Positions 1 to 11,264 of a DNA stretch of 64,000 bases are shown piece after piece (the stretch's first letter is position 1; the number at the start of each line of letters is the position of its first letter). The position numbers were made by a program, and so were the translations under genes. The notes below the pieces were generated by a model. The model was not told the DNA's origin. It searched no databases and saw only the letters and a list, made by a program, of their open reading frames with translations. Source of the stretch: a virus (lineage: Duplodnaviria; Heunggongvirae; Uroviricota; Caudoviricetes); IMG/VR virus record IMGVR_UViG_3300045049_000270; one strand, given 5' to 3'.

Positions 1-1211
1 TGTCTTTTGCCGTCCGCATGTTTGATCGACCAAAAGTTCAACCTGTTGTACAAGAACTTAATCAATATAATAAGAAACGCTTGATTCAAACTGGTGTAAA
101 ATATTCACCAGTAAAGATCTCTTTTTACGATACCATAGATGCCGCCGTACAGCAAATGTGGTATGAATATACAAATTTCTATTTTGGCGACTTCCGCCAA
201 AGTACGGGTCGAGCTTGGCTTTACGATGTTACTGCTCCTAATTTCCAAGGTGGCGAAAATGGCTTTGGTTTTTCTCCAAACTTGGGTTTTGATTCAGTAA
301 ATGATTTGAGCAAGACTGCATATTTCTTTGACAAGATAGAATGCTATCAGTTCTATGCTGGTGAATATCTGCAATTCGACTTAATTAACCCCAAGATTGT
401 TTCCTTCGATCCTGATGCATTTGAGAGTGAACGCTCAGAAGCTCATGGTATTGATATGTCTATCGAATATGAAGCAATCGAATATCAAAATCAAAACCTG
501 CCGGCGTCAATACGTTCCAATTCATTCTTGAGTTCATGGTTTGGTAAACTAAACCCAGCATACGATCCCTTCACAGTTCCTGGCTATATTCCTGGTGCTA
601 ATGCACCAGGAGATTATTCACAGAGCGCGGGTTTGGCTTCATCTTTAAATATTGGTTCTGATTTATTGGGTTTGGCTGCTACTTTCTTGGCTCCTGGTGG
701 TACGAATCAACTTGGTAATGCTGCTAAAACTATTGGGACTGGTATTTTGGGTTCATTTGGAACTGCGATATTTGGCCAGAATAATCCTTTAAGTGGTGCA
801 GTTCAGGGTGCCATTCCAGGTATTATGAATGGTAGTTTCAATGGTGCCAGTTTTGGTAATCAATTGATTAATGGAATCTCAAGAAATCCATCTGCTGCTT
901 TGGCCACATTGACTACTAATCAGCAGATTCCTGCTACTGTTTTTAATCAATCATTGGGTGTAATTGGTAAATTTGTAAGTCCAAATGCACCAGCTTCAAC
1001 AACTCAAGGCTTGGCCGCCGCCGCCGCCACTAGTGCCGCAGTAAGTAACGGCTTATCGGTTGATAATGTAATTGCCAATACAAATACAAATCTAAATCCA
1101 TCGTCAGCTCTTCTTGCAACTATGAATGCCAATAGTCCATCAGGAGCTCAAGTGGGTTACTTCAATGCACCACAAATTGGTGATTTTGACGATCCATCTA
1201 ATTATTCGTAA
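1..1211 (+). CDS. Tail tube-like / baseplate-tube junction virion protein, probably 5'-truncated by the window edge
   Basis: The frame is open upstream of ATG 18. The DRPK...LNQYNKKRLIQT..Y.P..ISFYD pattern resembles T4 gp19/gp48/gp54-type tube proteins. The C-terminal half is G/N/A-rich. Confidence 0.5.
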   Translation, partial: SFAVRMFDRPKVQPVVQELNQYNKKRLIQTGVKYSPVKISFYDTIDAAVQQMWYEYTNFYFGDFRQSTGRAWLYDVTAPNFQGGENGFGFSPNLGFDSVNDLSKTAYFFDKIECYQFYAGEYLQFDLINPKIVSFDPDAFESERSEAHGIDMSIEYEAIEYQNQNLPASIRSNSFLSSWFGKLNPAYDPFTVPGYIPGANAPGDYSQSAGLASSLNIGSDLLGLAATFLAPGGTNQLGNAAKTIGTGILGSFGTAIFGQNNPLSGAVQGAIPGIMNGSFNGASFGNQLINGISRNPSAALATLTTNQQIPATVFNQSLGVIGKFVSPNAPASTTQGLAAAAATSAAVSNGLSVDNVIANTNTNLNPSSALLATMNANSPSGAQVGYFNAPQIGDFDDPSNYS

Positions 1212-1216
1212 TTCTT

Positions 1217-1648
1217 ATGACAAAATACAGTCAAGGCGAATATACGCCGGTCAATGCATCTAAGTACGTGGGTAAATATCCTATCGCTTATCGTTCGTCA
1301 TGGGAATTGTCAGTTTTCCGTGTATTAGATGCTCATCCAAACGTAACCCAATGGGCTAGTGAGAGTATCACTATTCCATATATGCATCCATTGACTGGTA
1401 AGTGGACATTTTATGTCCCAGACCTTTTGATCGTCTTTACTGATAAAAACGGTGTTAAACGTGCCGAATTGGTTGAAATCAAACCAGCAAAAGAAACATA
1501 TGACGATAGAGCAAAGAGCAAACGAGATAAAGCGGTGTTGGCCGTAAATAAAGCGAAATGGGCAGCCGCTATGGCGTGGTGTCATAAAAATGGTTTGACC
1601 TTTCGTGTACTTACGGAAATTCAACTTTTCCATACTGGTAAAAAATGA
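1217..1648 (+). CDS. Head completion nuclease (T4 gp4-like, TnsA-like PD-(D/E)XK)
   Basis: Motifs YRSSWE, W.SE.I.IPY, YVPD, LVEIKP and NKAKW.AA..WC. Confidence 0.85.
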   Translation: MTKYSQGEYTPVNASKYVGKYPIAYRSSWELSVFRVLDAHPNVTQWASESITIPYMHPLTGKWTFYVPDLLIVFTDKNGVKRAELVEIKPAKETYDDRAKSKRDKAVLAVNKAKWAAAMAWCHKNGLTFRVLTEIQLFHTGKK

Positions 1649-2193
1649 GTACAAAAATCCAAGAAGCATTAGAACTACCAACTCTTGAAAATTTGCTGAA
1701 AGCAAGCGCGAAGGACGTGGCTGATGTTAATGCCGAACCGGAACAAGATATACCTGAAGAACAGGATCCATTAGCAATGCAACTAGGCGAAGTTCTAGGC
1801 ACAGGCGGCGCGGTCCTACCACCAGAAGCGGTAGATGAAAAAGAAGCTAAAGATCACGCTGATAGTATGGATCACATTTATGAAGAAACTTTGCAACACG
1901 CAAAGGATCTGATGGATCTTGGATACAACGTGGATACTCGTTCAGCTGGTCGTATATTTGAAAATTCGGCCAATATGTTCAAGATTGCACTTGAAGCAAA
2001 GAATTCCAAACGTAAAGCCCAGCTTGATCGAATCAAACTAGATCAAGAACAACAGAAGATTGATATTGTTGAACGCAAAACCAGAAATGAAAATGATGAG
2101 ATATCATCTGGCGTGATCGATACTGGTAGCGTAATCATCGAAGATCGTAATGAATTGATTCGCCGTTTACGTGGTGATAATTCCGATAAATAA
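1645..2193 (+). CDS. Putative terminase small subunit (gp16-like)
   Basis: Helical/coiled-coil protein of suitable size with GRIFE..A.MFKIALEAK, upstream of the large terminase. Confidence 0.45.
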   Translation: MSTKIQEALELPTLENLLKASAKDVADVNAEPEQDIPEEQDPLAMQLGEVLGTGGAVLPPEAVDEKEAKDHADSMDHIYEETLQHAKDLMDLGYNVDTRSAGRIFENSANMFKIALEAKNSKRKAQLDRIKLDQEQQKIDIVERKTRNENDEISSGVIDTGSVIIEDRNELIRRLRGDNSDK

Positions 2194-2221
2194 ACGGATA
2201 TTATAGCTCCGGAGACCCCGA

Positions 2222-3010
2222 ATGAATTTCAGACAATACTTGGAAGAAAGCACGAAGACATACAAGTACCGTATGAAAGCGGTTGTCGATTTGAGCGAAG
2301 GCGACACACTTGATCGCATCGAAACTTATCTACAACGCTTCAAATTGGTTGATATCTCACGTCCTTTCAAAACGATTCTTCAAAAGGCACCTCTCGACTT
2401 TCCTAATGTTCAAAATGCCGAAGTCTTTATGATTGACTTCGAAACAGCTTTTCCATTGAGCAGCTATGTAGCAGCAGAAGAACTGCGTACACTTCTCAAT
2501 ATTCCTGGTGGCAGTATTGTTGTTCGTGGTGCAAACGAACCAATCGAGATTGAAACCAAGCTGTTGAATCAGAAGGCGGAAGTAGAAGAAGCAGCTGAAA
2601 AGAAAGATTTGAAGCCAGCACCTTTGCTTAATACTGACTCTCAATATCCTGAGAGCGAGCAAGGTACTGATGGTCAAAACTATTACGGCAATTCATACAA
2701 TAGTCGTTTCCTTGACACTATCAAGGAAATTGAAGATTCCCGTAAAGCAACTAAATTCGATCCACCAGCACCATTGTTTAAATGGCTAGAAATGCCAAAG
2801 AAAAGCAATGAACCGGTACAGCCAGAAGTAAATTTCAATTCGGATATTGAAATGCCAAAGGTTGAAAAGGCTGACAAAGATGCTCGTGAAGTTTCTCCAA
2901 ATGGTAACTTCTCAACATTAGATGCTGAATTCAAGAAAGATTTTATTAACCCACGCACTGGTGCGGCAAAGACTCTTGCGCCCAAGATGCCCAAAGCGAA
3001 GAAGAAATAA
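2222..3010 (+). CDS. Putative virion (head) protein
   Basis: TAAATA late motif upstream, GGAG SD, N-terminal FRQYLEE|S putative prohead-protease site. Confidence 0.5.
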   Translation: MNFRQYLEESTKTYKYRMKAVVDLSEGDTLDRIETYLQRFKLVDISRPFKTILQKAPLDFPNVQNAEVFMIDFETAFPLSSYVAAEELRTLLNIPGGSIVVRGANEPIEIETKLLNQKAEVEEAAEKKDLKPAPLLNTDSQYPESEQGTDGQNYYGNSYNSRFLDTIKEIEDSRKATKFDPPAPLFKWLEMPKKSNEPVQPEVNFNSDIEMPKVEKADKDAREVSPNGNFSTLDAEFKKDFINPRTGAAKTLAPKMPKAKKK

Positions 3011-4143
3011 TGAGCAAATTGGACATTAATCGTATTTTGAAGCTGGCAGGTGTTAAACAGCTGAATGAAAACGGCGACTATGACTTTGGTCATGTCGAGC
3101 CACGTACTCATAAAGTTGAAGCTATACCAAGCAAGCCAGGTCAAGCTAATCTACCAGTTCGCATGATCAATCGTCAAGGTGATAATCCTTTGGTTGATGA
3201 AGAAGATGGCGAACCAATGCAAGGTGAAGAACCAGTAAAGCCATTGGAACAAGAACAAATCTGCACATTGCTGGTTAATGGTCACCCGCATGAAGTAACC
3301 ATCCAATATGCTGGTAAAATGTTTATAACCTATCGTGATAACTTAACTGGTAAAACTGACACAGTGCTACGCTCAGAATTCGAAGCAGATTTGAACGCTC
3401 CTGCCGAAGCAGAGGTAGATGAAGATAATTGGGGCAAGCCAATTAGTTTTCAAACACCATCATATCATCAAACAGATGATATGGAAATGAATCAAAACAA
3501 TTTGGAAGACGATCCACGCTGGAACGAAGTTAATGCGTTGCAAGCACAACAGCAATTTACTGCGGCAAAAGAATTGATCAACCAAATTCGTTATGATCAT
3601 CATATGCAAGAATCTATTGATGAAGGTGTGATGGACATTATCCATGCTGCTGTACCACCAGAAACAGTTGAAAAGTTGCATCAATTACTCGCAAAGATTG
3701 GTATTCACGATGCTGCAATTCTTGCTCATGACGTTGATTTAACACCAGCTGGTTACACTAAATTGGCACATAAGCTGACTGGTGAAGCTATGAGTGATGC
3801 GGATGCAAAGGATTATTGCAAGCATGTTATGCATGCTTTGGCTCAACAATTGGAAGAACATGTACCACACGTGGTAGATGAATCTGATGAAATGCTGCAC
3901 GAGTTCATCGGTGGAGAGCATCGATTCAATTATGTCACGGATACTATGGGAAATGTTCAGATTTCTGATGCAGTAACTGGTGCGAGTGTTTATCTGCAGG
4001 GTCAAGATGCACAAGAGTTTCTTGGTGCAATTGAACAAGCTGGTGGTGACGAAGATTTAGAACAAGACATCATGTCACAGTATGAACACGTCATGGATGG
4101 ACAATTGGATGCGGAAGGCAATGAAATTGGCTTGAATTTCTAA
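3010..4143 (+). CDS. Putative acidic internal head protein
   Basis: N-terminal RILKLAGV..LNE motif, several xxE|S/G sites, translationally coupled to the previous gene. Confidence 0.5.
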   Translation: MSKLDINRILKLAGVKQLNENGDYDFGHVEPRTHKVEAIPSKPGQANLPVRMINRQGDNPLVDEEDGEPMQGEEPVKPLEQEQICTLLVNGHPHEVTIQYAGKMFITYRDNLTGKTDTVLRSEFEADLNAPAEAEVDEDNWGKPISFQTPSYHQTDDMEMNQNNLEDDPRWNEVNALQAQQQFTAAKELINQIRYDHHMQESIDEGVMDIIHAAVPPETVEKLHQLLAKIGIHDAAILAHDVDLTPAGYTKLAHKLTGEAMSDADAKDYCKHVMHALAQQLEEHVPHVVDESDEMLHEFIGGEHRFNYVTDTMGNVQISDAVTGASVYLQGQDAQEFLGAIEQAGGDEDLEQDIMSQYEHVMDGQLDAEGNEIGLNF

Positions 4144-4161
4144 TAAATCGGTAGAAATTAC

Positions 4162-4194
4162 AAGAAAGGGACGGGAAGCCGTCCCTTTCTTTTT
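4162..4194 (+). terminator. Intrinsic terminator
   Basis: AAGAAAGGGACGG-GAAG-CCGTCCCTTTCTT followed by a T run. Confidence 0.8.
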
Positions 4195-4228
4195 AAATAA
4201 AGATATAAACCAATAATAAAGAAGTCGT

Positions 4229-4612
4229 ATGCATATTCTTTTTGAATCTCATCCAAAAATAAAAGGTTGTATGAACACTATGACAAAAAAAGAACGGAGC
4301 ACTGTTGATTTCTCCAAATGGGAACTCAATAGTGCCGGATACGTTCATAGTGTTGAAACTACTATGCCAGACTATTCATTCGAAGACAAACTATTGTGGG
4401 AAGATAGCGAAAAGCAAAACAGCATTGAAACAAGTGGTATGCTTCCTTTAGAAATTCAAGAATGGTTTGATGAGAATGTAAAAGGGCTTTGGTTTTATGA
4501 AGTGCGATTTGGAACCAATAAAGCTGAAAGAATGTTTTATAAGAAAATGGTTTTCACATTCCACTTCGAAAAAACAGAAGATGCAGCGATTTTTAAATTG
4601 AAGTGGTGTTAA
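4229..4612 (+). CDS. Small hypothetical protein, FKLxW family (start may be 4271)
   Basis: C-terminus F.FEKTEDAAIFKLKWC. Confidence 0.7.
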   Translation: MHILFESHPKIKGCMNTMTKKERSTVDFSKWELNSAGYVHSVETTMPDYSFEDKLLWEDSEKQNSIETSGMLPLEIQEWFDENVKGLWFYEVRFGTNKAERMFYKKMVFTFHFEKTEDAAIFKLKWC

Positions 4613-6196
<1,584 letters not shown>

Positions 6197-6231
6197 TAAA
6201 TAAGTCTAGTTATTAACCAATCGGATAACCA

Positions 6232-9200
6232 ATGATCGATTTTAGTGAACTTGCCCTTGAAACCTTTCAGGTACTTCGTGCCTATGGTAAGGATATTGTA
6301 CTCTATGACGAAAATGGTAACCGAGTATTTGAACCATCAGACGCTCGCCGTTTCTATCTGTCGGATGACAACATCCTTGTCAGTGTGCTTGAAGATGGCG
6401 ATAACAGTTCGATCAAGGTTTACTTGAGTGGTAACATCACCATTGCAGAAGTTATGGAATTTGTGACAGTGCTTCGCCGCATTGCCACCCAATTTAATGT
6501 TCTGTTCAATGTGCGCAAGTACAACAAACAAATCGTGCCACGTGATTTCGCAACCCAAGCGGCGGTTCAAGAGCAACAGGAGTATTCTTCAATGAACATT
6601 ATGGAAGGTTTGTACGGTACGAGCAAGAGCTCGTACCTGAAGCTTGAAAATGCTCGAATGATCGTTCGTCATAGCGCTCGTGTTAAAGAAAACATGATCG
6701 GTGGACGTGGTCGTTCAATTCAGAGCATCTTCGTAGAAAACGCAAAGGGTGAACGTTTCTTGTTCCCTGTAAACGTTCTGTCAGGCGCCCGCGCGATGAC
6801 ACAACACGTTAACCACGGTGGCACATTTGCTGATGAAGTTGGACAGCAAATTATCCGTATGGCGCAAGATTTTTCAAATCTGGCAACCGTTGCTAATCAC
6901 ATTCATGTTAATCAAGATGCATTACCAGGCCAAGCCCTGAAAATGCGTGAATCGATTCGTGAAAGTGCAAAGGCGATCCGTCTAAGTTTTGAACGTATGT
7001 GTCGAGATTTACCAGCCTACATTCGTGAAAGCGAACGTATTACTGCCGCGCAATCTTTGACAGAGTCACCGGAAGCATTTAGTGAACGTGTTGAAATGTT
7101 ACGTTCCTTTTTGATGGTAGAAGGTGTTGAATTGGCGGATTCTGTTCTTGAAACAGTATGTCATCGTGTTGCTGTTGAAGAAGATATGCGCCCAAATGCA
7201 AATCCTTCTGATGGTGAAGAACCACAAGATGGCAATAACTATGCTGATCAACAACAAGAAAAGACTGCTGTTCAACCAAAGCAACCAATTAAGCCAATGA
7301 CTCCTGGTCAAAATCAAGACTCTGATGACAATGTGTATTCAGGCCAAGATGGTGCATTCCATGAAGATGAAGACATGGCAAATGCCGATCCAGACGAAGA
7401 ACTGGCTGAAGAAAACGAAGTAATTCGTGCATTTGAAGCATGGATGGATGAATTTAATCCTGATTCAATGTTTGAGGGTAAGTCATACAAGCACAACGAT
7501 GACGACGAAGAGTCTGCTGACGAGAAGAAAAAGCAAGACAAGGAACGCCGTGAAGAGCGCGAAAACAAGAAGCGTACTGACGAATCAGTTGAAGAATTGA
7601 AAGCTAAGGTGGAAAAGCTGTCAAAAGAATATGCTGATTGTGATGACTTCCCAACAGCACGCCATGAAATCAAGGCTGAGTTGGATAAAGCGAAGGAAGA
7701 ACTGGCTAAGGCTGAATCTCTGGAAGAAGGCAAATCATTCAAGCGTAACAAGGATGAAGACGCCGACGACAAGAAGAAGCAAGACAAGCAACGTCGTGAC
7801 GATCAAAAGGGTAAGCAAGAACGTACTGACGAAAGCGTTTATGGTGCTAAGTGGTTCAAGAACAAAGGTCAATGGCTAGATGCTGTTCATCACATCAATG
7901 TTGATGACGACAATGGTTCAGCTGCTTCTTACGGTGGTAAGCTAGTAGCAAAATGGTATGATGACCGCAATGAAGGTTGGGTAAGCGATGCCCACATGCA
8001 TGTATCAGAAGGAAATATAGAAGAAATGAGATTCCACGAACTTAATGCAATGCTCGAGGGTAAGAGCTTCAAGCGTAATAAAGATGACGATGCAGATCAA
8101 AAGAAGAAAGATGATCAAAAGCGTCGTGAAGAACGTCGTAAAGAACCTGTCGAAGAAGGTAAATCCTTCAAACGTAATGATGACGAAGACGGTGATGTAA
8201 AGCAAAAGCGCAAGGAAGACCAAAAACGTCGTGAAGAACGCAAGCAAGAACCCGTTGAAGAAGGCAAGAGCTTTAAGCGTAATAAGGATGACGACGCTGA
8301 CGCGAAGAAGAAGGAAGATCAAAAACGCCGTGAAGAAAAGCGTCGTGAGCCAGTAGAAGAAGCTGAAAACATTAAGAAGGGTGCTTTCCATAAGTGGCTG
8401 GGCAAGTCAGAAAACTCACCAATTACTGATGCTGATATCAAGAAGGGCCTCAACTCACGTGATCCACATGCTCGCAAGATGGCACAATTTGCCAAGAACA
8501 TGGAAAAGGCACATGAGTCTGTAGAAATGGACGAAGGCAAATCATTCAAACGTAATGATGAAGAATCAAAAGGTAAGAAGGATAAGCATGAAGAGCGTCG
8601 CAAAGCACGAGAAGAAAAGAAGCGTACTGACGAAGCCGTAAGTCCTACCACAATGGAAGTTCTTCGCGACCATGGTTACGATGTTGAATTTGTTCCATCA
8701 CATATGCGTAATAACGATGATTATCGTCATGATCAGTGGACAGTTACACACATGGGTGAATATAGTGACTTCCCAGATGTGATTGGCAAGGTTTATGATC
8801 AAGATGAGGGTTGGGAATTGGCTGCTAGACATTTCCAGAAATCCGGTGGGATGACACCAAGCACTGGTGCTGAACTGGGTGAAGGCAAGAGCTTTAAACG
8901 TAACGATGACGACGATGCTCAATCCAAGAAGGAAAAGGATCAAGAACGTCGTAAAGCACGTGATGAAAAGCGTCGTACAGACGAAGGTGCCAAATTCGAA
9001 ATGGGCCCACTTGACATTGAATATGCGTTCCCATCTGGTGGCAAATACGGCTTCTCGAATGAAGCTGATGGTTGCTACTATACTGATGGTGTAAAAGTTT
9101 GGAAGGGTGAACGCATTAGTCCTTACGCTGAGGACTTCTTGGAACGCTCAGCGGCGAATCTTATAGCACAGATGAAAGAATTAATGAAAGCTGGTGCATT

Positions 9201-9897
9201 GCAAGAAGTTGATGGTGAGATTGATGAAGCATCAGACCTCAGCTTCAACGATGCTAAGGCTGAACTGCCACAAGTCAAGGATAAACTTAGCAAGATGAGT
9301 CCATTCCATCCTGATTATATCAAGATGAAGGCACGTCTGAATAAATTGCAAGACCGTCTGTCACGTATGCAAGATGACGAATTGGATGAAGACGATATGC
9401 ATCACGAACAATGGCACGTTTTCGATCATAATGATAATCCAGTTGATGGTCCATTCGGTAGCAAGGAAGAAGCAGAACAACGTTGCCGCCGTGGCGAATA
9501 TCCAAAGTTCACTGGTCGCCATGTTTCCGAAGCGTCAGATATCAGCTTCAATGATGCAAAGGCTGAACTACCAGATGTCAAAGATCGTCTGAAGAAGATG
9601 AATCCTTTTCACCCAGATTACGTGAAAACAAAGGCACGTCATGACAAGCTGCAAGATCGCTTGGCACGTAATGGTGGCGACGAAGAAACAGATGAAAGTT
9701 ATGTTTCTGGCACAGCTGGTTATTCTGGTGACACTTCAGACGTTATCGAAGATTTGTGCAAAGACGATTTCATTATGCCACGTGATCAAGCTCATGGCTT
9801 AGCTGATGAAGTTGAAGCTAAGGATAAGGACGGTCATCCGGTAGATCAAGCTATGATTGATCGCATGCGTACACTTGCTGGTTTGAACAAAATCTAA
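6232..9897 (+). CDS. Large repeat-containing virion/internal head polyprotein
   Basis: Globular N-terminus, 7 EGKS(F/Y)K(R/H)N charged modules, 2 EASD(L/I)SFNDAKAELP modules, C-terminal RMRTLAGL. Confidence 0.65.
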   Translation: MIDFSELALETFQVLRAYGKDIVLYDENGNRVFEPSDARRFYLSDDNILVSVLEDGDNSSIKVYLSGNITIAEVMEFVTVLRRIATQFNVLFNVRKYNKQIVPRDFATQAAVQEQQEYSSMNIMEGLYGTSKSSYLKLENARMIVRHSARVKENMIGGRGRSIQSIFVENAKGERFLFPVNVLSGARAMTQHVNHGGTFADEVGQQIIRMAQDFSNLATVANHIHVNQDALPGQALKMRESIRESAKAIRLSFERMCRDLPAYIRESERITAAQSLTESPEAFSERVEMLRSFLMVEGVELADSVLETVCHRVAVEEDMRPNANPSDGEEPQDGNNYADQQQEKTAVQPKQPIKPMTPGQNQDSDDNVYSGQDGAFHEDEDMANADPDEELAEENEVIRAFEAWMDEFNPDSMFEGKSYKHNDDDEESADEKKKQDKERREERENKKRTDESVEELKAKVEKLSKEYADCDDFPTARHEIKAELDKAKEELAKAESLEEGKSFKRNKDEDADDKKKQDKQRRDDQKGKQERTDESVYGAKWFKNKGQWLDAVHHINVDDDNGSAASYGGKLVAKWYDDRNEGWVSDAHMHVSEGNIEEMRFHELNAMLEGKSFKRNKDDDADQKKKDDQKRREERRKEPVEEGKSFKRNDDEDGDVKQKRKEDQKRREERKQEPVEEGKSFKRNKDDDADAKKKEDQKRREEKRREPVEEAENIKKGAFHKWLGKSENSPITDADIKKGLNSRDPHARKMAQFAKNMEKAHESVEMDEGKSFKRNDEESKGKKDKHEERRKAREEKKRTDEAVSPTTMEVLRDHGYDVEFVPSHMRNNDDYRHDQWTVTHMGEYSDFPDVIGKVYDQDEGWELAARHFQKSGGMTPSTGAELGEGKSFKRNDDDDAQSKKEKDQERRKARDEKRRTDEGAKFEMGPLDIEYAFPSGGKYGFSNEADGCYYTDGVKVWKGERISPYAEDFLERSAANLIAQMKELMKAGALQEVDGEIDEASDLSFNDAKAELPQVKDKLSKMSPFHPDYIKMKARLNKLQDRLSRMQDDELDEDDMHHEQWHVFDHNDNPVDGPFGSKEEAEQRCRRGEYPKFTGRHVSEASDISFNDAKAELPDVKDRLKKMNPFHPDYVKTKARHDKLQDRLARNGGDEETDESYVSGTAGYSGDTSDVIEDLCKDDFIMPRDQAHGLADEVEAKDKDGHPVDQAMIDRMRTLAGLNKI
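7471..8990 (+). repeat. Seven dispersed in-frame repeats encoding EGKS(F/Y)K(R/H)N + K/D/E/R-rich peptide
   Basis: Copies begin near 7474, 7726, 8056, 8155, 8260, 8533 and 8881, with synonymous divergence at DNA level. Confidence 0.9.
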
Positions 9898-9928
9898 TTT
9901 TGACGTACTAAGTAGGTGGCAGTAACCT

Positions 9929-9963
9929 GGCATATGGTGTGGAAAATGCACCATATGCCTTTC
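9929..9963 (+). terminator. Intrinsic terminator
   Basis: GGCATATGGTG...CACCATATGCC followed by TTTT. Confidence 0.75.
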
Positions 9964-10207
9964 TATTTGATATTTCGAAATCGAAAAAGAATTAAGGAAG
10001 ATAAATAGAAATGTCGGCGCAAAAAAACAATTTGCGGCGTCTAGGCAAAGACAGTTACACTAGAAGTACTTAAAGAAAGCGGCAAAGTAAAGGCAAACTA
10101 AATTATAAAACTTTTATTTTGCAGTTTAAGAGCTGTTAGCGTAAACTGTAAGAAGTAGGCAACTACAAATTACAACAAATAAACAACAAAAATAAAGGCA
10201 AAACAAA

Positions 10208-11179
10208 ATGGCATCCCTTCAAGAAATTCAAGCAAAGCTTCTCGAACAAGCAAACAAGTCAACTGGCGAACGTCCAAACCAGAGCACTGGTGATAACGCT
10301 TCGTATCCTTTCTGGAATACTCCAGAAAACGCAACTTCCCAACTTCGTTTCCTTCCTGATGGTGATCAGGACAATACGTTTTTCTGGCAAGAACGTCAGA
10401 TCATCAAGCTGCCTTTCAGCGGCGTTGTTGGTCAATCGGACAACGAAGTAACCGTGCAAGTTCCTTGCGTTGATATGTTCGGTGATCGTTGCCCAATTAC
10501 TGAAGCCATCCGCCCATGGTGGAAGGACGACAGCAAGAAGGATTTGGCTCGCGTTTACTACAAGAAGAAGAGCTACCTGTTCCAAGGCTTCGTTGTAAAC
10601 AGCGCATTCGAAGAACAGAATGTCCCAGAAAATCCAATTCGTCGTTTTATCATCAACCCAAGCATTTATGAAATCATCAAGAATTCATTGATGAATCCAG
10701 AAATGGAAGATCTACCAACCGACTTTATCGGTGGTCGTGACTTCAAGTTGACGAAGACAAAGAAGGGCGAATATGCGAACTATTCAACATCACAATGGTC
10801 ATTCAAGGTTCGTGCTTTGAACGAAGCAGAATTGAGTGCAATTGACCAATATGGTTTGTGGAACCTGAAGGAATTCCTGGGCGCCCGTCCAGACCGTGAC
10901 GGTATCGACATGATCAAGGCGATGTTTGAAGACAGCTTGGCTGGTCGGCCATTCGACATGGCAAGCTACGGTTCTGTATATCGCCCACAAGGTGCATTTA
11001 AGCAAGGTGGCGCTACTGCACCAGCAGCTTCAACAGCGCGTTACTCAGCACCAGCTGCCAGCGATGACACTCACGAAGAGTCATATGCTCCAGCACCAGC
11101 GGCTGCCCCAGCAGCATCAAGCGCAAAGCCAAACGCACAGGATATCCTAGCGCGTATTAAGGCTCGCACATCTAACTAA
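10208..11179 (+). CDS. Single-stranded DNA-binding protein (T4 gp32-like)
   Basis: LRFLPD, CVDMFGDRCPI, YYKKKSY, GRDFKLTKT, YANYSTS, low-complexity tail; located upstream of uvsX. Confidence 0.85.
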   Translation: MASLQEIQAKLLEQANKSTGERPNQSTGDNASYPFWNTPENATSQLRFLPDGDQDNTFFWQERQIIKLPFSGVVGQSDNEVTVQVPCVDMFGDRCPITEAIRPWWKDDSKKDLARVYYKKKSYLFQGFVVNSAFEEQNVPENPIRRFIINPSIYEIIKNSLMNPEMEDLPTDFIGGRDFKLTKTKKGEYANYSTSQWSFKVRALNEAELSAIDQYGLWNLKEFLGARPDRDGIDMIKAMFEDSLAGRPFDMASYGSVYRPQGAFKQGGATAPAASTARYSAPAASDDTHEESYAPAPAAAPAASSAKPNAQDILARIKARTSN

Positions 11180-11264
11180 TTCATATTAGTTCAAGATTAA
11201 AGGGAAGCAGGCAACTGCTTCCCGATGCGCTTATCACACCAAAATAGGCAAAGAATAATAACAA

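Noticed and set aside
7471-8990. CRISPR-like array from periodic repeats
   Set aside because: The repeats are in-frame coding modules with synonymous variation and irregular spacing, and no cas genes are present.
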